Positions 8,186-15,829 of a DNA stretch of 34,661 nt are shown piece after piece. Numbering within the stretch: the stretch's first letter is position 1; the number at the start of each line of letters is the position of its first letter. The stretch comes from a virus. Lineage: Duplodnaviria > Caudoviricetes. A program made the position numbers and the translations under genes. Under the pieces are notes generated by a model. That model worked only from the letters and a program-made list of their open reading frames with translations. It had not been told where the DNA came from and searched no databases. The stretch lies in the IMG/VR virus record IMGVR_UViG_3300050133_000059, positions 1 through 34,661 of that record. The stretch is one strand, 5' to 3'.

Positions 8186-8569
8186 TTACTTAGATTTATT
8201 TCTGATTACTTCCCGTGCACGTTTACACATTTCAACGTCAAACATTCCGATGTGACACTCGCGGGCTTTAATGCTCAATTCATTTGCAAGCCAAGCGTAA
8301 GCCTCTGCTCGGCGCATGGTTCCGTTTTTCCATAGCGGATCAAAAACAGCATGGGTAAGCCGCTTTGAAGTTCTAAGCTCCCCATTTGCTAAGCGACCTA
8401 ATGGCAAATTGTTACTATCGCGGTGGCAACCGACGTAAGCGCCACATGGGGTGCACGCCCAAAATTTGAGCGATACCAGATCGCGACGGGATGGATAAAT
8501 CTCACGACCTGTCACAAGATCTGCGGGCTGGCGGCAATAATCGCAAAGCACTTCTCTTTGCATTTTCAT
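8186..8569 (-). CDS. Zinc-finger protein (DUF3268-like)
   Basis: CDYC...C..CGAYVGCH...PLG.LAN..LR, FDPLW and CHIGMFD...C motifs. Confidence 0.8.
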   Translation of the reverse strand: MKMQREVLCDYCRQPADLVTGREIYPSRRDLVSLKFWACTPCGAYVGCHRDSNNLPLGRLANGELRTSKRLTHAVFDPLWKNGTMRRAEAYAWLANELSIKARECHIGMFDVEMCKRAREVIRNKSK

Positions 8570-8700
8570 TCCTCACTGTTGAATTTTAACTTCGCTAACA
8601 TCTGGCGCCCGGCTGGTGCTTGCAGCAGCTGGCATTCCAGTTCTTCATCCAGCTCGACTGGCCTGCTGGCGTCATCGACTGGTTCAAACTCATTCGACAT
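8566..8700 (-). CDS. Small acidic hypothetical protein (44 aa, MSNEFEPVDD...)
   Basis: Fills the gap between the P-like gene and the zinc-finger gene with overlaps at both ends; AGGGA upstream. Confidence 0.55.
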   Translation of the reverse strand: MSNEFEPVDDASRPVELDEELECQLLQAPAGRQMLAKLKFNSEE

Positions 8701-9343
8701 AACGTTTCCCTGCCGCCATCTGCATGGCCGGTGTCGGGCCCGCTGGCGTTTTGGGTGCGGCAATTTGTCGGCGGATGGGCGGTACCGAATAACCTGCGGC
8801 TAACTTCTTTTCCCAACGCGCAAGTTTCACCGCAGCCAGTTTGTCCATTTCAGGCTGAGTCAGTCGGCGCTCTACGCCTTCGCGGCGCATTTCGACGCAG
8901 ATGTGATACAGAATCGGATTGCGCCACGGGAATTGTTCTGACGTGCCATAGCGCCATGACTCGGACTTCCAGCGTTTGTATTCAGCGATAACATCGCGAA
9001 CCGTAAGCCCGACCAGGCCGCCGCCGACCTCAGCGACCAGTGCGATAAATTCAGCGAAGTCTGGCGGCCACGTACTGCCAGCTTCACAACGCTCAATGCA
9101 GGCGCTACAGACTCGAGTGATCTGGTCACTCGTCATAATCCCGATCTGTTTCTCCCAGAGGTCCGAGGGACGATTGCCATTCTTGGCTATCCATCGGGTA
9201 CTGTAGATTTTGATCATGAGCTCCCACAGACGCCACGCTGGCGAGTCCGCGCTCTCTGGCCCATTGTTCGCGACCAGCTCGTAACTGCCGTTCTGCAATG
9301 GATTCGCCATTGCTGCCGGTACTGCTTGCGATGTTTTTTGCAT
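8690..9343 (-). CDS. Replication protein P-like (putative helicase loader)
   Basis: Follows the initiator; W..M..IY..RW...NG and WPP...EF motifs; GGGGGA RBS before ATG 9343. The start is uncertain. Confidence 0.7.
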   Translation of the reverse strand: MQKTSQAVPAAMANPLQNGSYELVANNGPESADSPAWRLWELMIKIYSTRWIAKNGNRPSDLWEKQIGIMTSDQITRVCSACIERCEAGSTWPPDFAEFIALVAEVGGGLVGLTVRDVIAEYKRWKSESWRYGTSEQFPWRNPILYHICVEMRREGVERRLTQPEMDKLAAVKLARWEKKLAAGYSVPPIRRQIAAPKTPAGPTPAMQMAAGKRYVE

Positions 9344-10130
9344 GGTTCAATCCCCCGGTGTTTACCTGCCAGTCGTTTTCAAAGGCACGCTCTTTGCCGT
9401 AAAACCGCTGTGCCTGCATCACGAATTCGGTACCGGCCTGACCGCGTATTTCGCAGTACTGCCGATATCTCCGCGTCCCTTCGAGCATTGCCTCCGCACT
9501 CACCCCTTCCAGCTTTCGGGCTTTCCAGCATGAATGAGCTTTGTTTTTCGGATTCCCACCTTCGCGCTTTGGGTACTCATGCCAGAGGGTTTCAAATTCC
9601 TCAGGGTAAGAACCCGCCCCGTTTTGCTTAGTTGGGGGCTGTTTTTTTTCAGCCCCCGACAAAAGGGTTTTATCTTTTAGTTCTTTATCTTCTTCTTCCT
9701 CTTCCTCTGGTAACGCGTTTTGATACGTATCTGTAACGCTGCTTGCGTTACATTCCGCGTTACTGTTGCGTTTCTCATCCCTACTCTTAGCGACGCGCCT
9801 ATTTGTAAGTGCCCGTTTTTTCGATGTTTCCCCATTGTGCCGTTCGTGATTTGGGAAAAATAACCTCCCATCCATTTCTGCAAGCCAACCCACGTCGATG
9901 AGTGCATTCGCAAAACCTGACACGCAAGTAACGCGATCAAGTACCGAACGTGTAACGCTCGCAGCGTTACCTTTTGCGTTACCGTCTATCGTTTGTTGGT
10001 CGGCCCATGCCCAGACACGGATCATCTTTCCGAGAACAGCATCAGGGTCGATATTCAAAATTTCAGCCATCTGAAAAATCTCCGGTTTATCCGGCGTGAT
10101 GACTTCAATCTTTATCCAACTACTTGCCAT
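9126..10130 (-). CDS. Phage replication initiator (O-like)
   Basis: WIK.E..TPDKPE N-terminus, acidic EEEEEDKE linker, FE.LW..YPKR.G.NPK..A...WKAR C-terminal domain, internal iterons. Confidence 0.85.
   Translation of the reverse strand: MASSWIKIEVITPDKPEIFQMAEILNIDPDAVLGKMIRVWAWADQQTIDGNAKGNAASVTRSVLDRVTCVSGFANALIDVGWLAEMDGRLFFPNHERHNGETSKKRALTNRRVAKSRDEKRNSNAECNASSVTDTYQNALPEEEEEEDKELKDKTLLSGAEKKQPPTKQNGAGSYPEEFETLWHEYPKREGGNPKNKAHSCWKARKLEGVSAEAMLEGTRRYRQYCEIRGQAGTEFVMQAQRFYGKERAFENDWQVNTGGLNHAKNIASSTGSNGESIAERQLRAGREQWARERGLASVASVGAHDQNLQYPMDSQEWQSSLGPLGETDRDYDE
9661..9982. repeat. Replication origin iterons (GTAACGC/GCGTTAC) next to a purine/pyrimidine-skewed AT-rich tract
   Basis: GTAACGC at 9710, 9733, 9928, 9952; GCGTTAC at 9745, 9757, 9964, 9976; T/C-rich tract at 9661-9708. 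Confidence 0.7.
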
Positions 10131-10132
10131 GC

Positions 10133-10300
10133 TTACCAGCCTTGCCTTGCGGCAACTTGCTCAAATGCTCGGCACTGGCGCGCCATCTGCTTTTCAGCGC
10201 GCTCTTTGTTGATCTGCCGAACCAATACACGCATGAACGGCTTTGTCACCGGCATATCGCCATATCGGAATTGCCCTTCTACGCAGCGTAAACATTTCAT
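10133..10300 (-). CDS. Small basic hypothetical protein (55 aa, MKCLRCVEGQFRYG...)
   Basis: Below the ORF-track cutoff; ATGA overlap with the upstream gene and stop 2 nt before the initiator ATG. Confidence 0.7.
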   Translation of the reverse strand: MKCLRCVEGQFRYGDMPVTKPFMRVLVRQINKERAEKQMARQCRAFEQVAARQGW

Positions 10301-10533
10301 CGGCGCGCCCTCCCCTGATTACGTTTGATATCCGGCGCGCCCTTGATCCGCTTGGTGGATTTCAGGAATGTTTTTGCATGCGCAATGCTGCTGATTACCG
10401 TCGCGTTAGTACTATCGCAATAGTGATCTGCGCCGCGCATTGCCAGTGTCATGGCTACGCCTTTTTCAACGCCCTCACGGACGAAATGCGCGTTGATTTG
10501 CTGCTGGATTTGTTCTCTTGAAAATTTGGCCAT
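10297..10533 (-). CDS. Hypothetical early protein (78 aa)
   Basis: Starts at the GAGGTATGACCAATG motif. Confidence 0.75.
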   Translation of the reverse strand: MAKFSREQIQQQINAHFVREGVEKGVAMTLAMRGADHYCDSTNATVISSIAHAKTFLKSTKRIKGAPDIKRNQGRARR

Positions 10534-10549
10534 TGGTCATACCTCGCTT

Positions 10550-11014
10550 TTAATGCAATAAACCGCGCACGCTGTGCTGTAGTGACGCGTAAACCCTCTC
10601 CCAGGCTTCGCAATCAGAATCAAAATCGGAAAGTGGAGCGCGCAGAAGAACTGAGCTGATCAGCTTCTGATTGGCCTTCATCGCCAGCGTTGCCAGATAC
10701 TCGACTGAGTTCCCAGCAATAAGGCTGGCGCGCAGCTCTGCGGGCAGTGCCGCGAGGATCGCCGGCAAAAGCTGCTCGATGTTGTGAACTGCACGTGGTC
10801 GGTCACTGTCAAGCCAGCGGAAAATCTGCTGCTTGTTGTTGTGAAGTGCGGCGTAATCAACGGTGCCGTCGTCATGCTCGACGAGCTGCAGAGCAGGTGA
10901 ATGCAGACCGAGATCGAAATACGCTTTCGTTATTTTTATTGCTACCTGGCTTTGTGAGACTTCCCCTGCCCAGCTGCGCAGCGCGTCTCTGATGTGGTTG
11001 TGTTTGATTTCCAT
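10550..11014 (-). CDS. ydaT: YdaT/YdfX family (CII-like) regulator
   Basis: M.IKH.HIR.A...WA, IT.AYF.LG, N.Q.IFRWLD.D and LLPAI motifs; located after the Cro-like gene. Confidence 0.8.
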   Translation of the reverse strand: MEIKHNHIRDALRSWAGEVSQSQVAIKITKAYFDLGLHSPALQLVEHDDGTVDYAALHNNKQQIFRWLDSDRPRAVHNIEQLLPAILAALPAELRASLIAGNSVEYLATLAMKANQKLISSVLLRAPLSDFDSDCEAWERVYASLQHSVRGLLH

Positions 11015-11024
11015 AAATCAGCTC

Positions 11025-11282
11025 TTATGGTTTTGTGGGGGTAGATTGATAACCATGGGAAGCGGTGTTCTGACTAACTTCACCGCTAAGCCTTGCTTTA
11101 CGATGCGCGTCATAAACTGCTGAGTCATAAATCAGAGCGCCGCCTGATGCCTCAACAAGGCGGGATGCTCGACCTTCAGGAACAAGGTCACCCCAAACAG
11201 AAACTGAAGATGGTCTTACACCTGCGGCTTTAGCCAACTTGGTCTTGTTGCCGAAAAATTTTACTGCGTCAATTTTGAGCAT
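11025..11282 (-). CDS. dicC: Cro-like repressor, DicC family
   Basis: MLK.DA...FG.KTKLA.AAG.R and GDLVPEGRA.RL.EASGG.L.YD..VYD..RK resemble E. coli DicC. Confidence 0.88.
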   Translation of the reverse strand: MLKIDAVKFFGNKTKLAKAAGVRPSSVSVWGDLVPEGRASRLVEASGGALIYDSAVYDAHRKARLSGEVSQNTASHGYQSTPTKP

Positions 11283-11295
11283 TTTTAGCTCCTCC

Positions 11296-11360
11296 TTAGG
11301 TTTTCTTAAGAAGATTAGATCGTAAAGAAACCTAAGTAAAGAGAATTTAGAATTACCTAA
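11296..11360. promoter_or_regulatory. OR region: three TTAGG-type operators, pR, and a probable leaderless repressor promoter
   Basis: Operators at 11296-11309, 11322-11335 and 11347-11360 (consensus about TTAGGTWWTTCTAA); pR on the minus strand TTTACT (11340-11335)-17 nt-TAATCT (11317-11312); TAGAAT (11348-11353) 8 nt before the repressor ATG with no SD. Confidence 0.7.
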
Positions 11361-11361
11361 T

Positions 11362-11766
11362 ATGGAAAATGAAACTTTTGGTGCTCGTCTGCTCCGCAGG
11401 CGTAAAGAATTAAAACTGTCTCAGGCTGCTCTCGGGAAACTTGTCCAGGTGGCCCACGTAACTATTTCTCAATGGGAAAGGGATGAGACTCAGCCTACTG
11501 GGAAACGTCTATTCGCACTGAGCAAGGCGCTTCAGTGCAGTCCAACATGGCTAATGTTTGGAGATGACAGCAAAACACCAGGCGAGCCAATCGAGCCCCA
11601 TCAAGTAGAGCTGTCACCGCAACACCAAGAGCTGATTGAGCTTTTCGATTCACTTCCATCTTCTGAGCAAGAGGTGCAGTTGAAAGAGTTACGATCTCGC
11701 GTGGAAAGAAATAACCGTCTTTTTGAGGAACTTTTACAGGCACGTAAGCGCAAACCAAAAAAATAA
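11362..11766 (+). CDS. dicA: Prophage repressor, DicA family (HTH only, no S24 autoprotease domain)
   Basis: HV.ISQWE.D...PTGK.LFALSK.LQCSPTW..FGD and LFEELL.AR resemble E. coli DicA; only 134 aa. Confidence 0.9.
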   Translation: MENETFGARLLRRRKELKLSQAALGKLVQVAHVTISQWERDETQPTGKRLFALSKALQCSPTWLMFGDDSKTPGEPIEPHQVELSPQHQELIELFDSLPSSEQEVQLKELRSRVERNNRLFEELLQARKRKPKK

Positions 11767-11872
11767 CCTCGCATTTCCCTCACATCTATTCATCTTCTCG
11801 ATTTCACAGTGTTGTCTGCATGAAAATTTATATCCATTAAAAACAATGGATTAAATTTACACACATCAAGAC

Positions 11873-11925
11873 TTAGGTTTATCTACAAAATTAAGATTGC
11901 CATTTCTATTAGGTTATTCTAAATT
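11873..11925 (+). promoter_or_regulatory. OL/pL: two operators and the early-left promoter
   Basis: TTAGGTTTATCTAC at 11873-11886 and TTAGGTTATTCTAA at 11909-11922; TTGCCA (11897)-17 nt-TAAATT (11920). Confidence 0.72.
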
Positions 11926-11995
11926 ACATCCATCGACGGCACAGCAGCCTCGGGGTAACAGTTCTGACGGCGGGAAAGAACGCGAGGTATGACCA

Positions 11996-12241
11996 ATGGC
12001 AAGCTCACTTAATGGGGTTTTGAAAATGAAACGCACAATGACAGCAGCAGACATCAAAAAAGCTGTAAACAAAACTTGCGGAACCATCTGCAACGAAAAT
12101 CCCTACTACCGCAACGCATCAATTGCAAAAGACCGGGCGCAAACCGCCCTTGCATACCTCGATGACAGCCGTTTTGAAGTAGCTCCTCGAGCAGCCTCCG
12201 CCATACGTTCATGGGCTGCTGACTTGGCTAATGCTTTCTAA
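11996..12241 (+). CDS. First pL gene, hypothetical (81 aa; alternative start at 12026)
   Basis: Starts at the GAGGTATGACCAATG motif. Confidence 0.65.
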   Translation: MASSLNGVLKMKRTMTAADIKKAVNKTCGTICNENPYYRNASIAKDRAQTALAYLDDSRFEVAPRAASAIRSWAADLANAF

Positions 12242-12254
12242 ATAATTTTACGAA

Positions 12255-12523
12255 TGCCCTGAGCCTCAGGGCACAACATGCAAGAGCATTTATATTATCG
12301 GGGTTGCGTATGCGGTAACTGAGTGCTCTTACAGTTGTGGTGGTGGATGGTTGAATGGGTTTGCCTCGTGATAAGAACGGTCGTAAAAACGACGCCGGAG
12401 CGTAACCGGCAAAAATCCACCACAACACTTTTCATTTAGCAGGTTTTAGAGCGGCGTGAATTGCAGCGTTAAAAAGCGCAACTGTGAAGATCAGCGGCAC
12501 GGCTCGCCGCCCTAAAGCCTACT
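12255..12523 (+). ncRNA. Array of long stem-loops in the pL transcript (possible processed RNAs)
   Basis: Inverted repeats at 12255-12273, 12272-12291/12321-12339, 12340-12348/12415-12423 and 12438-12456/12505-12523; no convincing ORF. Confidence 0.5.
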
Positions 12524-12612
12524 TATATTAAGTGGACTTTTTTAGTTCAGATATAACGCGTTTAAATATGCTGGTATTAAATTTTAAAAATCTAACTATC
12601 GAGGTATGACCA

Positions 12613-12909
12613 ATGATTATCGAAGCAACTATCACAGGCAATGAAATTATTACCGGAATTACAGAGCTATCTGAAAAAGATAAGGTTATTGGGTATTTAG
12701 TTGAGCCAAATAAACATCAGGATTCTACTTCAATCGTCACACCTGATGGTAAAACTCTCGGCGAATACTGCTGCTCAGACCATGCAGTAAAAGCTGCATT
12801 TATTCATGCTCATGATTTGCCAGTTGATCCAGTATCTGAACGCAGCACCAAGTTCTCAATGGCTGATTTATTGCTGGCTTCTTTGCTGAGTAGTATGACG
12901 CGGCATTAA
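12613..12909 (+). CDS. Hypothetical early protein (98 aa)
   Basis: Starts at the GAGGTATGACCAATG motif; GEYCCSDHA may bind metal. Confidence 0.75.
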   Translation: MIIEATITGNEIITGITELSEKDKVIGYLVEPNKHQDSTSIVTPDGKTLGEYCCSDHAVKAAFIHAHDLPVDPVSERSTKFSMADLLLASLLSSMTRH

Positions 12910-12990
12910 TTTTTAAGGCCGGTTTATCCGGCCGTATTGAGATGAGCCCTACCAACGCCCCGAAAGCAGGGCTCATCCCAATACAGACGT

Positions 12991-13013
12991 AAAAAAGCCC
13001 GCACGTGGCGGGC
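12991..13013 (-). terminator. Intrinsic terminator on the strand opposite the pL genes
   Basis: Minus strand GCCCGC-CACGT-GCGGGC-TTTTTT. Confidence 0.8.
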
Positions 13014-13102
13014 CGTTCTACCGGCTTAACGTCCCAGCGACGGCAAGTTCGGCGACCAAACCGAACTCAGCGAGGTATGACCAATGGCTTCCACCACTGG
13101 AC
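12991..13102 (-). ncRNA. Putative ~110-nt antisense sRNA complementary to the repeated RBS/start motif
   Basis: Has its own promoter and terminator; 5' GGAA-loop hairpin, unpaired UCAUACCUCG, then further stems. The 5' end is approximate. Confidence 0.7.
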
Positions 13103-13108
13103 GCCGTG

Positions 13109-13138
13109 ATTATAGTGCGTAACGAGGCGCTTATGCAA
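13109..13138 (-). promoter_or_regulatory. sigma70 promoter of the putative sRNA
   Basis: TTGCAT (13138-13133)-18 nt-TATAAT (13114-13109). Confidence 0.75.
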
Positions 13139-13432
13139 ACCAAACTACCGGCAACAGTAGATTCCAAAGTCTATATTTTTGCCAAAAAGGATTTGTGGGA
13201 CGACGAATATAAAATCCATGTAATGAGCGGAGATATATCCGGCATGCTGGATGGTTATATTCTTTTAGGGAGCCAAGATATAACCGTTACTGTCCCAAAG
13301 GTTGACTTAGTTAATGGGGCATTGTCTTTTTTAAATAAACAAAAAGAGGATTTATTAAATTCTACTGGATTAGCAGTAAAAGATATTGATAGCGAAATCT
13401 ATTCCTTAATCCATGCCGACACAAAGAAATAA
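13133..13432 (+). CDS. Hypothetical early protein (99 aa, MQTKLP...)
   Basis: GAGG at 13124 before ATG 13133; predicted C-terminal coiled coil. Confidence 0.72.
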   Translation: MQTKLPATVDSKVYIFAKKDLWDDEYKIHVMSGDISGMLDGYILLGSQDITVTVPKVDLVNGALSFLNKQKEDLLNSTGLAVKDIDSEIYSLIHADTKK

Positions 13433-13450
13433 CCAGCGAGGAAATGACCA

Positions 13451-15829
13451 ATGCCATTCTATGTATGTGCCTTTTACCCAAAAAAATCTGCCGCCGCAAA
13501 TGGTGCTGTTCCCATTGCAACTTGCATCGATGTTAAGAATGCTAAGCTTGCAGAAATGAAAGCTACCATGTTGTTGGAAGAATCATTCCCTGATGGCAGT
13601 GATAACTTTTTCAAACCCAAAATCTGCGAACTGACCGCTGAAATTAACGGGCGCCCTTCTGTCGATGAGTTCGATAACACCTGGCTCGAGTGCAATATCT
13701 GGAATGACGAAACCAAAACTTTCGATAACGTACCCACGGCACCGAAGGATGAATTGACCGACCCGCTGGCCGCCGCGCGGGTAATTTTCGACCTGCCAAT
13801 CCGCGAGCGCATTGCCTATGTGCTGATGTACGGCGCGGCACCCGAAGAACTGGACGCGGAACAGCTTTCCAACGCGGTCGATATTTTGGCGGATGACGAA
13901 GCGCCAGAAGAAACCCGCGCCATCATTGATGGTTTGTCCGTGGTTCCGGCCATAAAGGCTATGTATCCGGAAAAAGTGGTGACACTGATCGATACTATGC
14001 GCGCGCAGCTTCCTCCATTCGATAACGCTGATGATGTGAAAAAGTTTGCTGAGAAATGGGTAGCTAAACCTGACGAGCGTGAACCGGTTAAAACAAATGC
14101 TGACCTGCCACGCACCTATGACACGTTGAATTTGGAAGTTGCCCTGCATGTGATGGGTATCAATCCTGATGAAGCAAAAGCCGCTGACATTCGGAGCGCA
14201 AAAGAAATCCAACAAAACCGTGACCCTGCATGGCGCGGCTGGGTAACCTCATTACGTGTAGTGCCGGGGATCCTGAATATTCCCCGTGGCGAACTGTGGG
14301 CGTTAATGGCCGATGGACACAAAGATTTGAAACTCATTCGGGATGCCGATGCTCGCCGGGATTACGTCAGCAGTAAGCTTCATGGTCACCCGTTGTTACC
14401 TGACTACCAGCCGGAAGCCGCAAAAGTTCAGAATCTGGGCGGAGGCGTGTTCTCTGTTGAAGGCTTAGTCGGTAACGGGGCCTCAAGTGAGGGCGAAGAA
14501 ACGGAAGTAAGTGAAGATAAACCTACCGAGTTGCAGATTCATATCCGGGATCTGGTTACCGGGAAAACCAACGTCGCATCAGCTGATGACATGGCGAAGC
14601 TGCTGACAGAGAAAAAACTCGGCGCGCGATTCCTTGTTAAACAGCTTGCTGAAGATTTCGAAATCTCCTGTAACGCAGCCAGCTACCTCAGGGCTGATGA
14701 AATCCACCACCTGACGCTCGATGTTGTTGAGTCATGGATCCCTGACATGGCTGATCGGGTCAAATTCATAGCCGAGCGAGTAGATTTCTACATCACTGAC
14801 CGCACTAACCAAAGTAAATCTGAAAAATCCCAGATCAAAACAAAGCCGGCCGAAACCGCAAAAAACTCACCGGAAACTGAAACAGATCAGGAGAAATCCG
14901 TACCTGAAACGGTTAAACCTTTATTACCTGAAAATACTGGGGACGATGCACAAGATGATTTCAAACAGCGCGCCGCTGCATTGGAAAAGGGTCTCTCAGA
15001 GAAATCAGAAGAAGAGCTGGAAAACCTGCATATCTGGAAACAAGTCCAGAGTACCGACCCGCGCTATACGAAACCGCTTGAAGGTGCCGGTTTCACAGGC
15101 ACCAGTATTAATGCGGAATACATGTTCATGCGCGCAACGGAGATCTTCGGACCTGTTGGTACCGGATGGGGCTATGAGATTGTTGAAGATCGCATGATTA
15201 ACGGCGCGCCTCTCTCCGATGCCATTTACGAGAACAATAAGTTCGTCAGGAGCGTTCTGCTGCGTGATGCCGATGGCACACTCCTTTTTGAACAGAACCA
15301 TATTTTACGTATCAAGTTCTGGTACACGATTGAGTGTGATGTCCGCGGCGAGCTGGAAGCTTACGGATCCACCCCTTACTTGTACAAGACAAACAATAAA
15401 GGGATTAAGACCGATGGAGAGGCACATAAAAAGAGCCTGACGGATGCCATTAAAAAAGCGCTATCTATGCTCGGTTTCTCTGCTGATGTTTGGCTGGGCT
15501 GGCACGATATGCCTGAATACCTGGCTGATAACGCGATTGAGCACAGCATCAAAAATGCCAGCGATAAGGCTGAAGATACGGTACGCGTACGTAAAGAACT
15601 GGATGAGAAATTTACTGCCAACACCGAAACAATGCGTACGGCAGTCACAGCCAACGAAGTGACCAAAATTGCCTCGTCCCTCACACGAACAATTGGCGTT
15701 CACATCAAAAGCGCCAAAGGGATTAACGATACTGAATATGTCCGTTATCTCGAAAGCCGCTTGAAACGTCTGGAAGAAATCAAAACCGAGTGCCTGAACA
15801 AATTCATTGATAAAGGGGAAGCAGCATGA
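13451..15829 (+). CDS. RecE (Exo VIII) N-terminal-like region fused to a Rad52/Sak-like single-strand annealing domain
   Basis: The N-terminus and RTYDTLNLEVAL segment resemble the RecE non-catalytic region; the C-terminal W..V..TDP.YTK, TEIFGP.G.GWG and KKSLTDAIKKALS.LGF.AD pattern is Rad52/Rad22-like. Confidence 0.7.
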   Translation: MPFYVCAFYPKKSAAANGAVPIATCIDVKNAKLAEMKATMLLEESFPDGSDNFFKPKICELTAEINGRPSVDEFDNTWLECNIWNDETKTFDNVPTAPKDELTDPLAAARVIFDLPIRERIAYVLMYGAAPEELDAEQLSNAVDILADDEAPEETRAIIDGLSVVPAIKAMYPEKVVTLIDTMRAQLPPFDNADDVKKFAEKWVAKPDEREPVKTNADLPRTYDTLNLEVALHVMGINPDEAKAADIRSAKEIQQNRDPAWRGWVTSLRVVPGILNIPRGELWALMADGHKDLKLIRDADARRDYVSSKLHGHPLLPDYQPEAAKVQNLGGGVFSVEGLVGNGASSEGEETEVSEDKPTELQIHIRDLVTGKTNVASADDMAKLLTEKKLGARFLVKQLAEDFEISCNAASYLRADEIHHLTLDVVESWIPDMADRVKFIAERVDFYITDRTNQSKSEKSQIKTKPAETAKNSPETETDQEKSVPETVKPLLPENTGDDAQDDFKQRAAALEKGLSEKSEEELENLHIWKQVQSTDPRYTKPLEGAGFTGTSINAEYMFMRATEIFGPVGTGWGYEIVEDRMINGAPLSDAIYENNKFVRSVLLRDADGTLLFEQNHILRIKFWYTIECDVRGELEAYGSTPYLYKTNNKGIKTDGEAHKKSLTDAIKKALSMLGFSADVWLGWHDMPEYLADNAIEHSIKNASDKAEDTVRVRKELDEKFTANTETMRTAVTANEVTKIASSLTRTIGVHIKSAKGINDTEYVRYLESRLKRLEEIKTECLNKFIDKGEAA

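Noticed and set aside
12152-12161. Partial motif GCATACCTC here and near 1527-1535
   Set aside because: Short, inside coding sequence and not at a start codon; compatible with chance.
12233-12273. nut site (boxA/boxB-like GCCCTGAGCCTCAGGGC)
   Set aside because: The loop is not GNRA-like, the boxA match is poor, and no N-like arginine-rich protein is seen.
13084-13122. Mini-ORF plus antisense RNA as a type I toxin-antitoxin pair
   Set aside because: MASTTGRRDYSA is too short and polar for a membrane toxin, and the dispersed matching sites fit trans regulation better.
11767-13450. dicB, dicF or kil homologs expected after dicA
   Set aside because: No ORF resembles DicB, and only a short CGCCGCCC stretch recalls the DicF 3' end, which is not enough.
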